Shown: positions 23,560-38,578 of the stretch, piece after piece
Position numbering within the stretch: the stretch's first letter is position 1
How the letters are laid out: every line of letters begins with the position of its first letter
Source: Octopus vulgaris
Lineage: Eukaryota
Reading direction: 5' to 3'
NCBI GenBank assembly: GCA_951406725.2
Contig: OX597817.1
Span: 97,340,001 to 97,404,000 of the forward strand
DNA: 64,000 bases
Translations under genes and position numbers: made by a program
The notes under the pieces: model-generated
What the model was told of the DNA's origin: nothing
Seen by the model: the letters and a program-made list of their open reading frames with translations, nothing else
Database searches by the model: none

Positions 23560-25911
23560 TATGCCTTATACTTTTAGAGTTATGGGAGGTGAAAATTAGG
23601 GAAGCATTATATACATGCATGATGCATCATAGAATAAAGACATAAAACATAACAAATACCACAATTAATATAATCTAATATTAATCTTATATTTAAGATA
23701 CATATGAAAATTACAAAATACCTTTTTTCTGTTCTTTGTAGCAACGTATTTCCTTACACTTTTGTCATTTTCTAGAGACAATGTCATTTTCTAGAGATAA
23801 AATGCACAAGGAATTTTAGTGCCCTTCAGTCACGGTAGACAGAAATTTTTTTCTTTATAAAGGAAAGCTTTGAGAAATTCCTTTCTGCTTCACAGCTCGT
23901 GATAGGCATTGTTAAGTACATCTTAATTGCAGTGGTAATATTAGGGAATACTTCAATTAATGGTTGCTCAAAACTAAGCTAAAGAACTTCTATGCATTGT
24001 GTGTTTTCTACTGTGTTCCGGGATTTCCAAAGGTGTAAATACTCTTTGAACTGATAACACTCATTTATTAATTTGTGGTCAATATTGTCTTTGTAATGCG
24101 ATATTATAAGTTTGATCACTCTCCTCATCAAATTCTGAATTGTTCATTAATTCTGAGTGCAACTTGAACCTTTTAGCAATCTTAACTGGATTATCAAGCA
24201 GTCATGGACTTGATTTAGAACTTCTATCCTAAATTTTTCAGCCCCTTTCGAAGAAGCCCTATCCCCTGTTCCATCTGCAAATTTCTTTATAACAATGCGT
24301 TTGGAAATATCAGAATAATTTGAGGTCATATATTCGCATAAACCTTTTGCTACTGATTCATAGTGTGCAATCCTGTCGGCTGAATTTTCTCGTAGTTCTT
24401 TTAACAAATGAAAGCAAAGATGTTAGCAGAAGGTAACCTTCAAATACATCAGAACCAGGAATATGGGGTTTCTTACTTGTTTTGTTAAAATGCTCTATAA
24501 TCTCTTCCTAAACGACTTTTAAAACAGCATATACCAATTTTACCAACTTTCTTTTTACCAACTTGTAGTATAAATTCTTTGCATCTCGCTTACATTCAGG
24601 CTTCTCTTCTGAGTCTTCAAACATGTTTGAAAGTTTGTAAAATATCCCTATATCCATTTTTAATTGCATGGACAACTTCATAGTATGAAGACCATCTAGT
24701 TACACTTAAGCTCTTTAGAGAAAAGGCTAGATTGCTCTGTGTGTTTAAAATCACCCATATTCGAGGAGATTCAGAAAAGAAAACATACAGCTGCTGGCTG
24801 CCAAAATAGTCAACAACTTCAGGTACAGTAGATACTGCTTTTTCTCCAATAAGGTTGAGTGAATGACTTGCACGTGGTACATAGTCTGCATATCTGTTTT
24901 TACAATCTTTTTTCAAAGTACTTGTTTGAGAAACTTCGATTTTGCTGTTTGTAAATCTTGTCCGATTCAGTATATACATTAACTTTTTTTATATTTTGAA
25001 AAAATCTAATGTTTTGCATTAAACAGATTTGTATTAAATCATTATCAGTTGTTACGGGCCAGTTTGCAGGTCACTGTATTCTTTAAAATCACTAAATTTG
25101 CTTCCTTTTTCTACTCTCTCTTTTCTTGAAATTCTTGACCACTTATCAAAGTGGTCAAGTGGTCATCTGCACCAAAATGTCAATAGTAGGTTGATTATTG
25201 CTAAGCAGAGTCCTCATGGTTTGTGCACTTTCATTGACTTAACTGGTACTTGCACGACTTGTTTCAGTTGCAGGTGATGACAAATTTTTACTTGACATTA
25301 TAAAATAGTTTGATAGATTTTGACATTTAAAAATTTCGTTAGATTGCTTTTCCTTGAGTTGGCGTTTCCGCTTAAGTACTTTCTTGAAGACATTTCTATT
25401 CCTCTTGAGGCCTAGTCCTCTGTGAAAAAAATTGGGGTCATATTTTCATTAGCCACAGCAAGACAGAGATTGATCAAGATAATGGTCCACAACTTAATAT
25501 ATAGTCATAAATGAAGGATTATTTATTTTGTACAAGGTGATATTCAAACAATTTTTGAAGTAGAAAAAATGCTTTGTTCCTAAACAGATTGTAAGAGGGG
25601 CAGGGCTGAAGTTTCCAAAATAATAGAAAAGCAAATTATCTGCTGTCATTTGTACTTTTATTTTTTATACCACTCCACATCGGCAGAAACAGCGGGTGGA
25701 ATAACTCATGGTTAGACACTGTGTACCTAGACTATGCGTAGGAGTACGAGATGACGCTGTCCACTAAGACTGGAAACAGCAATCTGCATGGCAAAGTAAA
25801 AAAACAAAAAAATTGACAGAATAAAAAAACTAAGTGGCTTTAGAGGGGCCCCTCTGGGATTAGGGGCCCTGAAGCTTAAGCTTCATTAGTTTTATAGTAA
25901 ATTCGTCACTG
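23560..25911 (-). mobile_element. hAT transposon remnant
   Basis: YVPRASHSLNLIG, LKSLSVTRWSS, C-terminal MPITSCEAERNFSKL; terminus CAGTGACGAATTTACTATAAAACTAATGAAGCTTAAGCTTCAGGGCCCC. Confidence 0.8.
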
Positions 25912-26022
25912 CTTATACATACACGTATGTATATATGAATGTGTGTGTGTATGCATGATTATGTATGTATGTATGTATGTATGTATGTATGTATGTATGT
26001 ATGTATGTATGTATGTATGTAT

Positions 26023-27649
26023 GTAGGGGAAGCTTGGGAAAGTTGGATAATTTTTTACTTTTTTCAATATGATATGGACTCTCTGTGCATAAGAAAGAAT
26101 TCTGTACCAAGTTGTCACATTCATAGACTTGTAATGTATATATGCTAAGGATATAATTTCAAATTATCTCAATTACAATATATAATTATCTCAATTACAA
26201 TATATGACATTCTTGAGTTTGTTTCACATGCTCGGATACATGGTCTTACTGCTCAAAACATCTCTGGGTTTCAACGAGCAGGAAAGGGCCTAAGTGGTAA
26301 CAAACTAAAAAAGAAAATGAAGAAAACTGGTCTTTGCATTTTGAAGGTAAACGTATTGAAGATCAAGAATACCAAGTGCTAGTTTTAAAGAATGAACAGT
26401 GAGAAGTTAAGTTAGAAGCACCCCAAATACCAAACGGAAAAGCCGATACTGTTGTGAAAGGAATAACAGCTGTTTTAGAGGAATACAATTTATGGAACTG
26501 TGAAAGATGGTTGTCGCTGATACGAATGTGAACACTGGGAAAAGAAATGGCATTGTCATTCAGTTGCAAAGACTGTTTGCTCAAAAGGGTTTGAAAGAAC
26601 CGCATTTTATTGGTTGTCAGCATCATATCCCTGATAGAGTTCTTCGTGTTGTAATGGATAACGAACTTGGAGAAAAAGTCATCTCCCAATATTGAATATA
26701 CATTCATCCCAGAGCTTCTAAGTAATTACGAGAAACTCTAGGCTAATTTCAACAATCGTGAAGAAAGGATTACTGAATCAGCAGGATGGCGAAATGACAT
26801 GAAATTTCTATTTCTTTGAAGAAACCGAAAATTTCCTACTGTAAACTTTCAAAAAGTACCCAACTTAAGTAATGCAAGATGGAATTCTCGAGCAATACTA
26901 GCTCTTTTAGCATTTATTATTCTACCAGAGAAAAGAGTTTTGCTTCTCAATGTTTGTCGATTCATCTCTTACTGCCTTCAAGATCTTTATGATGTTTGTA
27001 ACAAGGAGAAACTTCAGCTTCGATTTATTTTATCTAACAAAACATATTAATTCTTTGTAATATTTAAAAATTTGCTAACATTCAGCACCCTTTTTTTCTT
27101 ATACCGTTATTTAAAATTGAAATTAAACCTATAAAGTTAAAAGACATGTATTGTTTTTAATTTTGTATGTTATCGAATGCCTGTAGTAGTCTCTGTCTTA
27201 AAATAGCTAGTTTTGAACCTTTGCGTAGAGCAATTTCAATTCAATAATCTTAAAAATGTATAAATACACTTTTATTCCACATCTCTCTTGTGTTTACAAG
27301 GATTTAGGCAGCGGAAATACTGAAGTGTGAATCTTGTGCCACCTAGTGATTATAGTTTTAAAAGCCCATAATTCCGAAACTATTTCAACTAGAAAGCTGA
27401 AATTTCAGATATAACATTTCTGCATTGCATTGAGTCAGCACACCAAGTTTGGCAAAATCTTGAGCAGGCGTTATGAACCACCCATCCTAGAATTTTGCAA
27501 GATTTGGGTCAAAAGTGGTGATCATTTACTCAAGTTGAGAATGATGTTTCTTTCAAATAAAGCAAAATAAATGTTAGTTCCCTGACTTTTAAGAAATTAT
27601 TCATCGAATTACAGTATAGGGCTATTAACTTGTGAAAAGTCATAACCCT
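26023..27649 (+). mobile_element. hAT-like (hATm-type) DNA transposon remnant
   Basis: Motifs ADTNVNTGKRNG, FIGCQHHI, SNARWNSRAILALLAFI; ends begin TAGGG and finish ..CCCTA; boundaries uncertain. Confidence 0.5.
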
Positions 27650-27659
27650 AATATATAAT

Positions 27660-28373
27660 TGTGGTATCCTTTGCCAAGAAATCTGTCATCACTACTCCGT
27701 CCTGGTCCCAGAAGACTGTGAGCATGACCTTGTCAGCAGAGGGCTGCACCCTTGCCTACTTTGGAGGAGGTGAGTCACGGTGCTTCCACTGCATTGACTG
27801 GGCTTTGGTCTCTGAATCATAGTGATGGACCCAGGTTTCATCCTGTGTAATCAGTCTTTTGAAAAATTTTGACTCATCTTCTTGGCACATCTCCAAATTC
27901 ATCCTCGAGCACTCGGTACTAATCTTGACCTCATGGTCTATTTGGCGAATAGTTATGCGTCGATCTTCCAAAATGGCAGCCTCAACTTGACGGACAGATG
28001 CCTCATCAATGGCAGAAGGGGGGCGACCAGATCTGGGAGCTGTTTCCACAGAGTTCCGACCATGTTTGAATTCACGATGCCAGCGTTTTACAAGGTCATA
28101 TGATGGGACATCATCACCATAAGTTACTTTCATTTCATCAAAAGTCTCCCGTGGTGTGCGTCCTTTCAAATACAAAAACCGGATCACTGCTCGACACTCA
28201 ACAGGCTCCATTTCACACTTGACTCAGTTCAAACTCCTATAAATCAGAAACCACAATTAGTTCATTAATTTGCTACTTAATCTATAGAGATATAAATACT
28301 TGCACATGCAAAATTTCAGCTAGATCAAACAACTGCAAGTGGGTCAGAGGCATTACTTATTGAACGTCCCTCG
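27660..28373 (-). mobile_element. Mariner transposon 5' half
   Basis: TA|CGAGGGACGTTCAATAAGTAA TIR; ORF RAVIRFLYLKG...PRSGRP...ITQDETWVHHYD. Confidence 0.9.
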
Positions 28374-28383
28374 TATATATATT

Positions 28384-28582
28384 CTTTTATTTGTTTCAGC
28401 CATTTAATTACGGCCATGCTGGGGCAGCGCCTTTAGTAGAGCAAATCTACCCCAAGACTTATTCTTTGTAAGCCTAGTACTTATTCTATCGGTCTCTTTT
28501 TGCCGAACCGCTAAATTAGTAGAAGTAAAAACACCAGCATCGGTTGTCAAGCGATATTGGGAGGACAAGCATAAACACACAA

Positions 28583-28647
<65 letters not shown>

Positions 28648-28841
28648 CCCGTCGTATATATATATATATATATATATACGACGGGCTTCTTTCAGTTTCC
28701 GTCTACCAAATCCACTCACAAGGCTTTGGTCGGCCCGAGGCTATAGTAGAAGGCACTTGCCCAAGGTGCCACGCAGTGGGACTGAACACGGAACTATGTG
28801 GTTGGTAAGTAAACTACTTACCACCCACCCACTCCTGCGCC
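28384..28841 (-). mobile_element. SINE family A, full length with internal (CA)n/(TA)n
   Basis: Reverse complement of the 1760-2139 family. Confidence 0.88.
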
Positions 28842-28848
28842 TATATAT

Positions 28849-28904
<56 letters not shown>

Positions 28905-29706
28905 TGGATAATAAAACGGATGGTTTACACCTTGTAGCTTACTGGTAAAGCACGGTGAGTTTCACAGTGATCGTCATCTATATAGTAAATGAAAGACGAA
29001 AGATGGAATATGCGAGAATTTATTATAAATCGCAATCACGGGTGGGACACTCAACAACTAGTTCAGGAGCATCCGGTGATGCAAATGTGTTGCATCGGGT
29101 GATAAGTAGACACAACTCGTTAAAATAACAGTTCCGCAATGTATCTTCTCATTTCGTAGAAAGAAAAGCAGCAAAAGGAAGCAAATATCTTCATTTACAT
29201 AGAAGATCAAAAGTAAAATCACAGATGCAAAAAAGAAACAAACACGCAATACGGCGAGAAAAGTATTAAAAATATCCATCAACAAATATTGATGTATAAA
29301 CGCCCTCGAGCAAGCTGCATGGCACGTGTATACTCGCTCATACAAGCATCCGCGGAAATATAAGCATACGCACATGTGTGGTTTGGTACACTCACGATCA
29401 CAAAGCGAGTTAACTAGCTACCTGGTATTTATAAGAGTGAGGAGGTTAAAACTAAACTTAATTCATCCATTACTTAAAGTAAATTATGTTAACAGTTACT
29501 CAAATTCATTCCCACTGCATTGTGCGAAAGTACATTTATATACGTGTAGGCACCTTGAAAGTCTTTCAGAAATTCTATTAATGGCCTTCTCATTAGTCTA
29601 CCGAATTTACTATTCTTACTAATTTTTGGAAGCTTAAACCATCCAACCACCTCTTCAGTATCAGAGGGCTAATCTAATTTTAGACTTAAGGCATGTATTT
29701 TCCTGT

Positions 29707-29753
<47 letters not shown>

Positions 29754-29759
29754 CTAATA

Positions 29760-32260
29760 ATGCCTATATCGGATTTAGATAATAATCGTTATCGCAACCA
29801 TGTAACCAGCCTTAAGGGAATCACTAACATCTTTGGACGATTTTGTATGGGAACTGAAGGAGAATAAAATTAAGTACAGCATAACTTGGTCCATAGTAAG
29901 GCACGGGAAGCAATACAATATCATTTCCAGGAGATGCCGTCTCTACTCCGAGGAAGTACTACTCCTATTGTCTTTAATCAAGCCCTGGTTTATATCATGA
30001 GAAATTCCGATTTGTCCCGACGCGAAATAGTTATTATACTTGCCGCGTGAGCCACTTTAGTAGATTTTGATGGTAGATTATGGAGTAGATTAGATAGGGA
30101 GAATGCTTTTGATATAGCAATGGGATCATACGACTCTGCATAGGTCACAGGCCTAGTCGGAATATATATCCTTTCATTAATCCAGTCTTCCTTTCTGGAA
30201 GTAACAGGGGGTCTATGCAGGGATAACGCCTTGTTTTTTCTGGATAGAAGTAGCAAAGTACTTAGCAAAGGCTTAGGAAAAATTTCTTCAGATTTAAAAA
30301 AAAATTAGCATTAAACATTACTATGGGAAAGGATTATCGTAGAGTAAATTTCTTGACGCTACCTTCTGTCTTGATACTAGATTATTTGAACCATTTCATA
30401 AGTCAAATGATCATTTTAATTACATAAGTGTAGCATTCAATCATCCACCCTCGATAATACGGGGATTAGTTAAGAATATTTCTACAAGAATTTCTAGATT
30501 ATCCGCTAACAATAAAATTTTCCAATCACATGCAATTTATTTTAATGTTGCTTTAGCTAGGGCTGGGTACTGTGAAAAAACACAATATATACAAGCAGGT
30601 ATACACATTATTCACCATCTTAACTTTACGGTTTGAGAAATCACTCAGATAGGAAATACAGACTAGGAAGAAGACAACGAACTACTAACAAAAACTCATA
30701 GACACACGCAACGTAATAATCCAACTGTTTGTAACACGGTAAATTGTTCCAACACACTCAATCAAATAAGCCTAACAATAGATAGAGGAATCAGGATGTC
30801 CTCTGGTTCAACCCGATTTTCGGTTTGCATGTTTCAACCAAAATCACTGGAAAATATTTTGCCACTTTGGATAAATGTTTTCCTAAATCTAATTGATATT
30901 CACATAAGGTCGTATTCTAACAAGTGGTGACCCGCCGATGTTTTCGATCATACAACCATTTTATGTTCATTCGAACATCCCACATAGGTGACTTAGTGCC
31001 AGTTAAATTGACCAACCGTTCGAATATCATATTTGCTTCAATTTTATCGTCGTTTTGTCTACAACAAAACGTCTGGCAATATTGCTATCTTCATTGCTAT
31101 ATTCACAGTTTGAGAAAAACATTAGGAATGATCTCGTTTGAGATTACAAACATCTTTGGCTAGTTTAACCTTGTTGTGTCCACTGATCTGATTAGTTAGC
31201 ATCTAAGCGCGGTCTGTCTCTCTACTTATTTCGCGCCAGTGTGTAAACTGACCAATCACGGCTTTCGGATAGGACCTTTCATTTGAGCCATCTTAACTCC
31301 ATAAATAGGCTGATTATTTGATGATTCACCGTCTTTCGGCTTAAGACCTTTTAAGGTCTTGGTCGGAGACCATACAGAGCTTACTCAACCATGTTCCAGT
31401 TCGAAAGGCAGACGACAGCCAAGTCAACCATACTATGAAGACGCTATTGTAAACCAGCGACAGACAGAACGTCATCACCAGCATCGTCTCCATCTACGAA
31501 GATTTCAACTTGTACTCAACAAGACAAATACAGATTCAACTGATGCTGTTAGTGTGAAAACCTCACCACGGAAAAACAGTTGCAGTATATATATCTGAAA
31601 GAATATCTATATCAAGAGAAAAATATGCACAACAAGTGATTCAACTAATCTCCGCTCCGAGACTCAAATCTTGTATAGAACTCTTTATCGTGTACTACAT
31701 GAACTGGTAAAATAACTCTAAAATAACTCCATTTTAACTCAAATTGTTGAGACTTCTCTTATGCTCTCTTGTATTCGCATGCACCTTATTCTGTACTTCT
31801 GTCGCACACACGAACACAAAGACACAAATATTATAAGCATGCATTCATGACACAACACTACGCTAATAATCACAAATCACTTTGTACACCGTGAATAAAA
31901 TCTATCTTCTCTTTATAAAAGTAGAACGGTTTTTGGCGTCCTTTATTCATTTACTTTGGCACTGTATACAAACATGTATTATGGCTTCTATAACAATATG
32001 TTATGTTGGGATGCGGCCGTGCGCTGTACAAGAGGAGAAATATGTCACCAAACTCCTCACGTACGGCCGTATTCTAACAAGTGGTTTGTAATCTCAAACG
32101 AGATCATTCCTAATGTTTTTCTCAAACAGTGAAGATAGCAATGAAGATAGCAATATTGCTACAATATCATGCTAGTTTTACTTGGTACACCGTGAAGGTA
32201 TCCTACGCCAACTCTACTAATTTAGAGCAGCTTATGCATCGCATAATCAATAGTAAAATG
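29760..32260 (+). mobile_element. Fragmented Penelope-like remnants interrupted by an LTR-derived insert (~30890-32160)
   Basis: GIY-YIG piece (AYIG..RYRNH..VWELKE) at 29760-29950; NHPP, LWFNP, KCFPKSN at 30440-30890 resuming as ...TVKVSY at ~32190. Confidence 0.55.
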
Positions 32261-32349
32261 TGACAAAGGCTCAATAACCCACCTACTGGATCTAGTGAAC
32301 ATACGCATCTAAATACCAACAAAGGAGAAGTAAACCGCAATGAAAAGCA

Positions 32350-33013
32350 CCAATTATGGACAAATTGTAATAGTAGAAGTAATTATGATACAGCTAACAC
32401 GGTAACAATATTCTAAAATATGCAGAAAAGTAATAGCTTCTGGATTATAAAGAAATTCTCCAATTGTGTTTGCTACGCAGTCTGACGAGAATGAACCAGA
32501 AGTATTTTCAGACTCCTTCAACATTACTTCCAGTAACTGTTGGTATTGTTGTAGTTGCTGTTGTTGTTGTTTTTGTTGCTGTTGCACCTTTACCACGGAA
32601 ACCAATAAGTCTTCCAAGTTAATAATTTTTTTCTTTGATTTCGCATAAAAAAAAAATTAACGTCCGAATCAAGCTTCGAATACCTCGTCGCCACTTTTAT
32701 ATCCTAGACAAACGTTGGATATATGATTTAACGATGCGGAGGTAAGATCAATGAGTTCACACGACGTACTTCGCGAATCTCCAAAACGCCTTCCCAACGA
32801 TACTACCGACCTCGTCTCAACACTACTCTTCCAATCCCTCAGGGCTGTTGTGACTCTCGCCACAACACCAATAATAACTGGTGCACAATGCCAGTAATAA
32901 CTGATGCGTTTAGTAACTGAGTACCTAACTGTTAGTCTGGATAAGCTTGAATTTTCAGAAAAAGAAATCCACCAACTGACTCGCACATTATAAATACAGG
33001 TTTAAAATGTGAC
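32350..33013 (-). mobile_element. Gypsy-like 5' LTR, PBS and gag N-terminal fragment
   Basis: Minus-strand LTR starts TGTCACA at 33013; PBS TGGCGACGAGG (~32683-32693, tRNA-Ser-type); Q-rich gag-like MEDLL..QQQQ..IGEFLYNPE. Confidence 0.65.
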
Positions 33014-33201
33014 ATTGTTTTCCTTATCTACATTCCAATGATGGAGCTTTGTATCTTTGTTAGAAAACAACTCCTTCATCAAAGGAAGAATTTAAATAAT
33101 TAAACACAGAAAATACATACAGACATACACACATACATACATACATACATACATACATACATACATACATACATACATACATACATACATACATACATAC
33201 A

Positions 33202-33233
<32 letters not shown>

Positions 33234-33234
33234 A

Positions 33235-33610
33235 ACTAGGTGCATTCCAGAAATTTTTAAAACTTTTTCAGTAGAGAAATTTATTAATTTTAAAGAATTA
33301 CAAAACTCTAAGCTCCATCGAATTGTTATTTTCTAACGTCAGTGCACTTTTTGTAGCGCTCCAGCTACTTCCAGCCATGGAAGTCCTCCAAAATGAGGGT
33401 GTCGAGGACCCTTATCACAACCTCCTCCATCTTCAAAACGATTGCTCCTGTTGATTTCCTTCAGTTTGGGCAACAACCAAATGTCACAGGGAGCAAGGTC
33501 TGGACTGCTTATGGAGGGTGTCAGGTAATTGATTACCAGGATGCTTCTCACCGAACACTCTGGGAACAAACTTTGCACAAGCTTTGCGTATGTTCAAATC
33601 GTCATGAATA
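33235..33610 (-). mobile_element. Mariner fragment
   Basis: SPDLAPCDIWLLPKLKE motif. Confidence 0.6.
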
Positions 33611-35189
33611 CTTCTGTGTACACTAAAGTCACTTCAGGGTGAAGTGACTTTATATATAAGGGAACTGCTATTATGTATATCAGAAAATATATGTCAAAAT
33701 AATTTGTTGGGCTTCTATGTTTTTTTTAAATAAGTAATTATGTTATATAATATTATGTTGTATTATATTCATAGTATATCATGTAATATTATAATATAAA
33801 TAAATTATTGGATTGTCAATAGTAACTCTCTCATTCATCTTTGTGACTGCATTATACCAATATTTATATGGTATTCAACTGACGTACCAGTGAATGGGAT
33901 GTTTAACACACCCCTTTGAAGGATTTGTTACGTTATATATATATATATATATATGGGCAACGGCCAAAGTGATTAAGGTGTCGCACTCACGATCGCAAAA
34001 TCGGTTTCATTTCCTTGACTGGGAGGTGCATTGTGTTCTTGTGCAAAGCACTTCGCTTTACGTTGCCCTGCAATCACTCCCACGCCTGACGAGTGCTACA
34101 CCGTGCACCTGATCAAGCAACATTGCTTTCATGGAGGGCTTCAGCTAATATACAGCACATATATTTGATCAGGGTACACAAATCATTTACGTCGGTTGTT
34201 CAGCAAGAAATTGCAGAACCGTCTTTCGCGGATAACGAGAAACTGCCATCGTACATACATACATATGTGTCTGTATGTATGTGCGTGTGTGTATACATAC
34301 ATGCACATATATATGTATTTTGTATGTATTATGTATGCATATTGTATGTACGTTTGTACGTACGTATGTATGTATGTATGTATGTATGTATGTATGTATG
34401 TATGTATGTATGTATGTATGTATGTATGTATGTATGTATGTATGAGTGAACGTGAGAGAGCAGTACATACCATCAACGTGACACTGGGGTAAAATATACG
34501 AAACCCAGTATACCCATCATGTCTACCCGTCTGATAAGGGTACATGCATCACAACCATATGTGCGGGACATGGTGATCTCATATCAAGATAAACAGCACA
34601 TGACATTGCAGGTGGTGCCCCAGTTAGAATTTTCTTCAGGTTGAGTAGCCCATCCCACTCAAAAGGTCCCTGAATAAGGGTTGTTTAAGGATGTTGAACG
34701 AAACACCCATGTTTCCACAGGGAAACTATCCAAACCCCAAATAATTCCTCTCGACACATGGCTATGATGTTCCCCCACTACTGCTCATGATCAGAGATGC
34801 ACATATCGTCAGCAACTAAGGGACATACTCAACTGGTTAAGGTCAAACAACTAACTGACAAGGAAATCTGTGGTACTGAGCAGAACATTTGCTGTAGCCC
34901 ATCTTTTATACCAATGTACATGATAACACTTCGAATCAGTTAAGATGAGAAGCCATGAGAGCCACTATCTGGTACAGCGTGTATGTATGTATGTATGTAT
35001 GTATGTATGTATGTATGTATGTATGTATGTATGTATGTATGTATGTATGATTGTATGTATGTATGTATGATTGTATGTATGTGTGTATGTATCGTAGTCA
35101 CAGGTGTGGAACATGTAGAACATATAACAGCAACTTCAAATATTTGGATACTGGTTCTCATAAAATTTAAATGTGGATTTCCTTCCAAG

Positions 35190-35370
35190 TAAATATAGAT
35201 ATGAACTGCAAGACACAGAATCTCATATACTGCATTACGTACCACTATTGCAAGGAAAATTACATTGGCGAAACCAACAATTCCCTTTGCCAAGGTGCAG
35301 GAATCTCAGACAACACATCAGACCTAAAGACTTGCGTAGGATTCCGCAATCTGTACACTACTTCAAACAA
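35190..35370 (+). mobile_element. Penelope-like GIY-YIG fragment
   Basis: MNCKTQNLIYCITYHYCKENYIGETNNSL. Confidence 0.55.
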
Positions 35371-35395
35371 TCTATACATACATGCATACGTACAT

Positions 35396-36880
35396 AAGAA
35401 TATTACAGCCGAGTAAAGAAACTTTGAGCCTCAGAACTCTCTGAATTCAATAAAACAGTGGCCCACAATGTGTTTTGCAAGCCAGTACTCATACCAACAT
35501 TTGTGCTGCTTGATTGGACGCTTCATGAGAGCCTAGGCATTGATATGAAAACCCGAAAAATACAAACAATCACACATAATTTCAACATCAACAGAGACAT
35601 AGACTGCTTCTACTTAAAATGAAAACAAGGCGCAAAGGTTTAACATCGATCCTAACTGCCTTCGAATGTCGTATCATATCCCTCCGGCAACATCTTTTAA
35701 CCACCAAGTGTCAAAGTGCATCCCTTGATCAAGTTTGCATATATGAGGCTGATAACATCATAAGACTTGGAAGGCAGTTCCTTGAGCAACATTCCTTGTC
35801 TGATAACCTAGAATACATGCCCAGAGAAGTCGCACGCCTCTACCGCAATATATCATCAAATGAAAGGACTATGCATGGATATGTTAGAAAGCTCTGAGAT
35901 GATAGTAACATTGATCATCAAAGCAGTCTATAATGGACCAATAGCGGGATTACTACCTCTCACTTTGAAGGGTATGCATTTGCAATCCAGGAACAAGAAA
36001 TATCAACATGACGCACAAAAGGGATGGAGATGCAGGAAAAGCGGTAAAATGTGACACTCGACGCAGACTTTGCATAGTTAATACCAAAGATATCACCCAC
36101 ATCATAAGCAGTTGTCTGAAAATGATGTTGTAGCTAGGTCATTCTATATTGAAATCTGTCGGAAGGATAATCCCGAGGACAAAGAAAAAAGAACCCATAG
36201 TATGGTAGAAGCTATAGTCACTCATGATAAAAAGGAATACTGGTGGAATGTCCCAGTGAAGACCTCAATAAAATATAAGCACAACAGACTTGATATAATG
36301 ATTTGGGATACAGAAGAGAAAACTGTGTACATTTGTGGAAATTAGCAGCTCAACGGATGTTAACAGTGAAAAAGAGAATATCTACGCTGAATTATTGAGA
36401 AATCTGCTGTTACTCTATCCAGATTACAAGTTTAGGTTTATACCTGTAATTATTGGGGCCCTGGGATATGTAACACACTGCCTAAATACCAATCTTGAGA
36501 AAATAGATTTCTCAAAACCAGAAAGGAGAAAGCTAATTCGAAGACTACAGATCCAATCCATTACTGGAACTGTAAAACTTTACAGTTTATCATCTAAATA
36601 TATATATGAGCATGTCTATATATGCAAGTATATTCATGAGAATACATACATAAAACAAAACATACAAATCTGTACATATACATACATACATACATGCATG
36701 CATGCATGCATACATACATACATACATACATACATACATACATACATACATACATACATACATACATACATACATACAAAAAAATACCCTGGTGTTTATG
36801 TTGAAATTCTAATGAAGTAGCCTTGGACCTAGGTTAGGAATCGGTTCTTTATCGATTGGCAAGAAATCTTGAACAATCAA
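35396..36880 (+). mobile_element. R4/Dong-like RLE-type non-LTR retrotransposon, 5'-truncated copy 1
   Basis: SHFEGYAFAIQEQE, EYWWNVPV..HNRLDIMIWD, KENIYAELL..FIPVIIGALG; flanked by TACA repeats. Confidence 0.75.
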
Positions 36881-36953
36881 ATACATACATACATACATAC
36901 ATACATACATACATACATACATACATACATACATACATACATACATACATACA

Positions 36954-36985
<32 letters not shown>

Positions 36986-37094
36986 GGACATACAGTTGGA
37001 GTTTGGTCATGCATACATACATATATACATACATACATACATACATACATACATACATACATACATACATACATACATACATACATAGCATAGC

Positions 37095-38578
37095 ATGAAG
37101 AACGTTACAGGTATCTAGAATGGATGAAAACATATCTTACAATGGCACCTGTAACAAAACACGTGTCACTAAAGAATATTACAGCCGAATAAAGAAAATT
37201 TGGACCTCGAAACTCTCTGTATTCAATAAAACAGTGGCCCACAATGTGTTTGCAGTGTCAGTACTCATACCAACATTTGGGCTGCTTAACTGGAGACTTC
37301 ATGAGATCAGAGCCAATGTTGTGAAAACCCGAAAGATACTAACAAGCACACATAATTTCTACATCAACAGTGACGCAGACCGCCTCTACCTAAAGCGAAA
37401 ACAAGGCGGCAGAGGCTTAACATCGATCCTAACTGCTTTTGAATGTCGTATCATATCCCTCTAGCAACATCTTTTAACCATCAAGTTTCGAACTGTATCC
37501 CTTCACCAAATTTGCATATATACGGTTGATAACATCATAAGTAGCACCTTGTGCAACATTCCTTGTCTGATAACCTTGAATAAATGCCCAGAAAAGTCGC
37601 ACGACTGTGCCGCAACATATCATCAGATGAAAGGATGAGCGTATATGAGCAGAAGATTATGCATGGGTATGTTAGTAGAAAGCTCGAAAATGATAGTAAC
37701 ATTGATCATCAAAGCAATCTATTATGGACCAACAACCGGATTACTAACTCCCACTTTGAAGAGTATGCGTTTGCAATCTAGGAATAGGAAATATCAATCA
37801 AATATTACTTGATACACAAAAAGGACAGGGATTCAAGAAAAACAGCAAAATGTGACATCCGATGTAGATTTTGCGGAGTTTACACTGAAAATATCACTCA
37901 CATTATAGGCAGTTGTCCGAAAATGTCATCACGGTATTATTTACTGATGAAACATGATGTAGCTAAGACACTGTATTGCAAGATCCGTTGGAAGGATAAC
38001 CCCGGGTACAAAGAAATAAGAATCCACAGTATGGTAGAAGTCATAGCCAGTCATAATAAAAAGGAGTACTTGTAGAATGTTCCAGCGAAAACCTCAATAA
38101 AATGTAGACATTATAGACCTGACATAAGTCATTTGGAATAAAGAAGAGAAATCAGCTGCCCAGCAGATGTTAACATAAAGCTGAAGATCAACGAAAGAGA
38201 AAATGCTTACGCTGAAATATTGAGGAATCTACAGCAACTCTATCCAAATTACAAGTTCAGGTTTATACCTATAATTATTGGGGCACTAAGATATGTAACA
38301 CACTGCCTAACTACTAATCTTGAGAAATTAGGCTTCTCAAAACCAGAAAGGAGAAAGCTAATTCGAAGACTACAGATCCAATCCATCACTGGAACTGTAA
38401 AAATCTGTAAAACTTTTCAGAAGTTTATCATTTAAGTATATATGGACATGTCTACATATGCAACTATATGCATGAGAATACATACGTAAAACAAAACATA
38501 CAAATCTGCACGTATACATACATACATACATACATACATACATACATACATACATACATACATACATACATACATACA

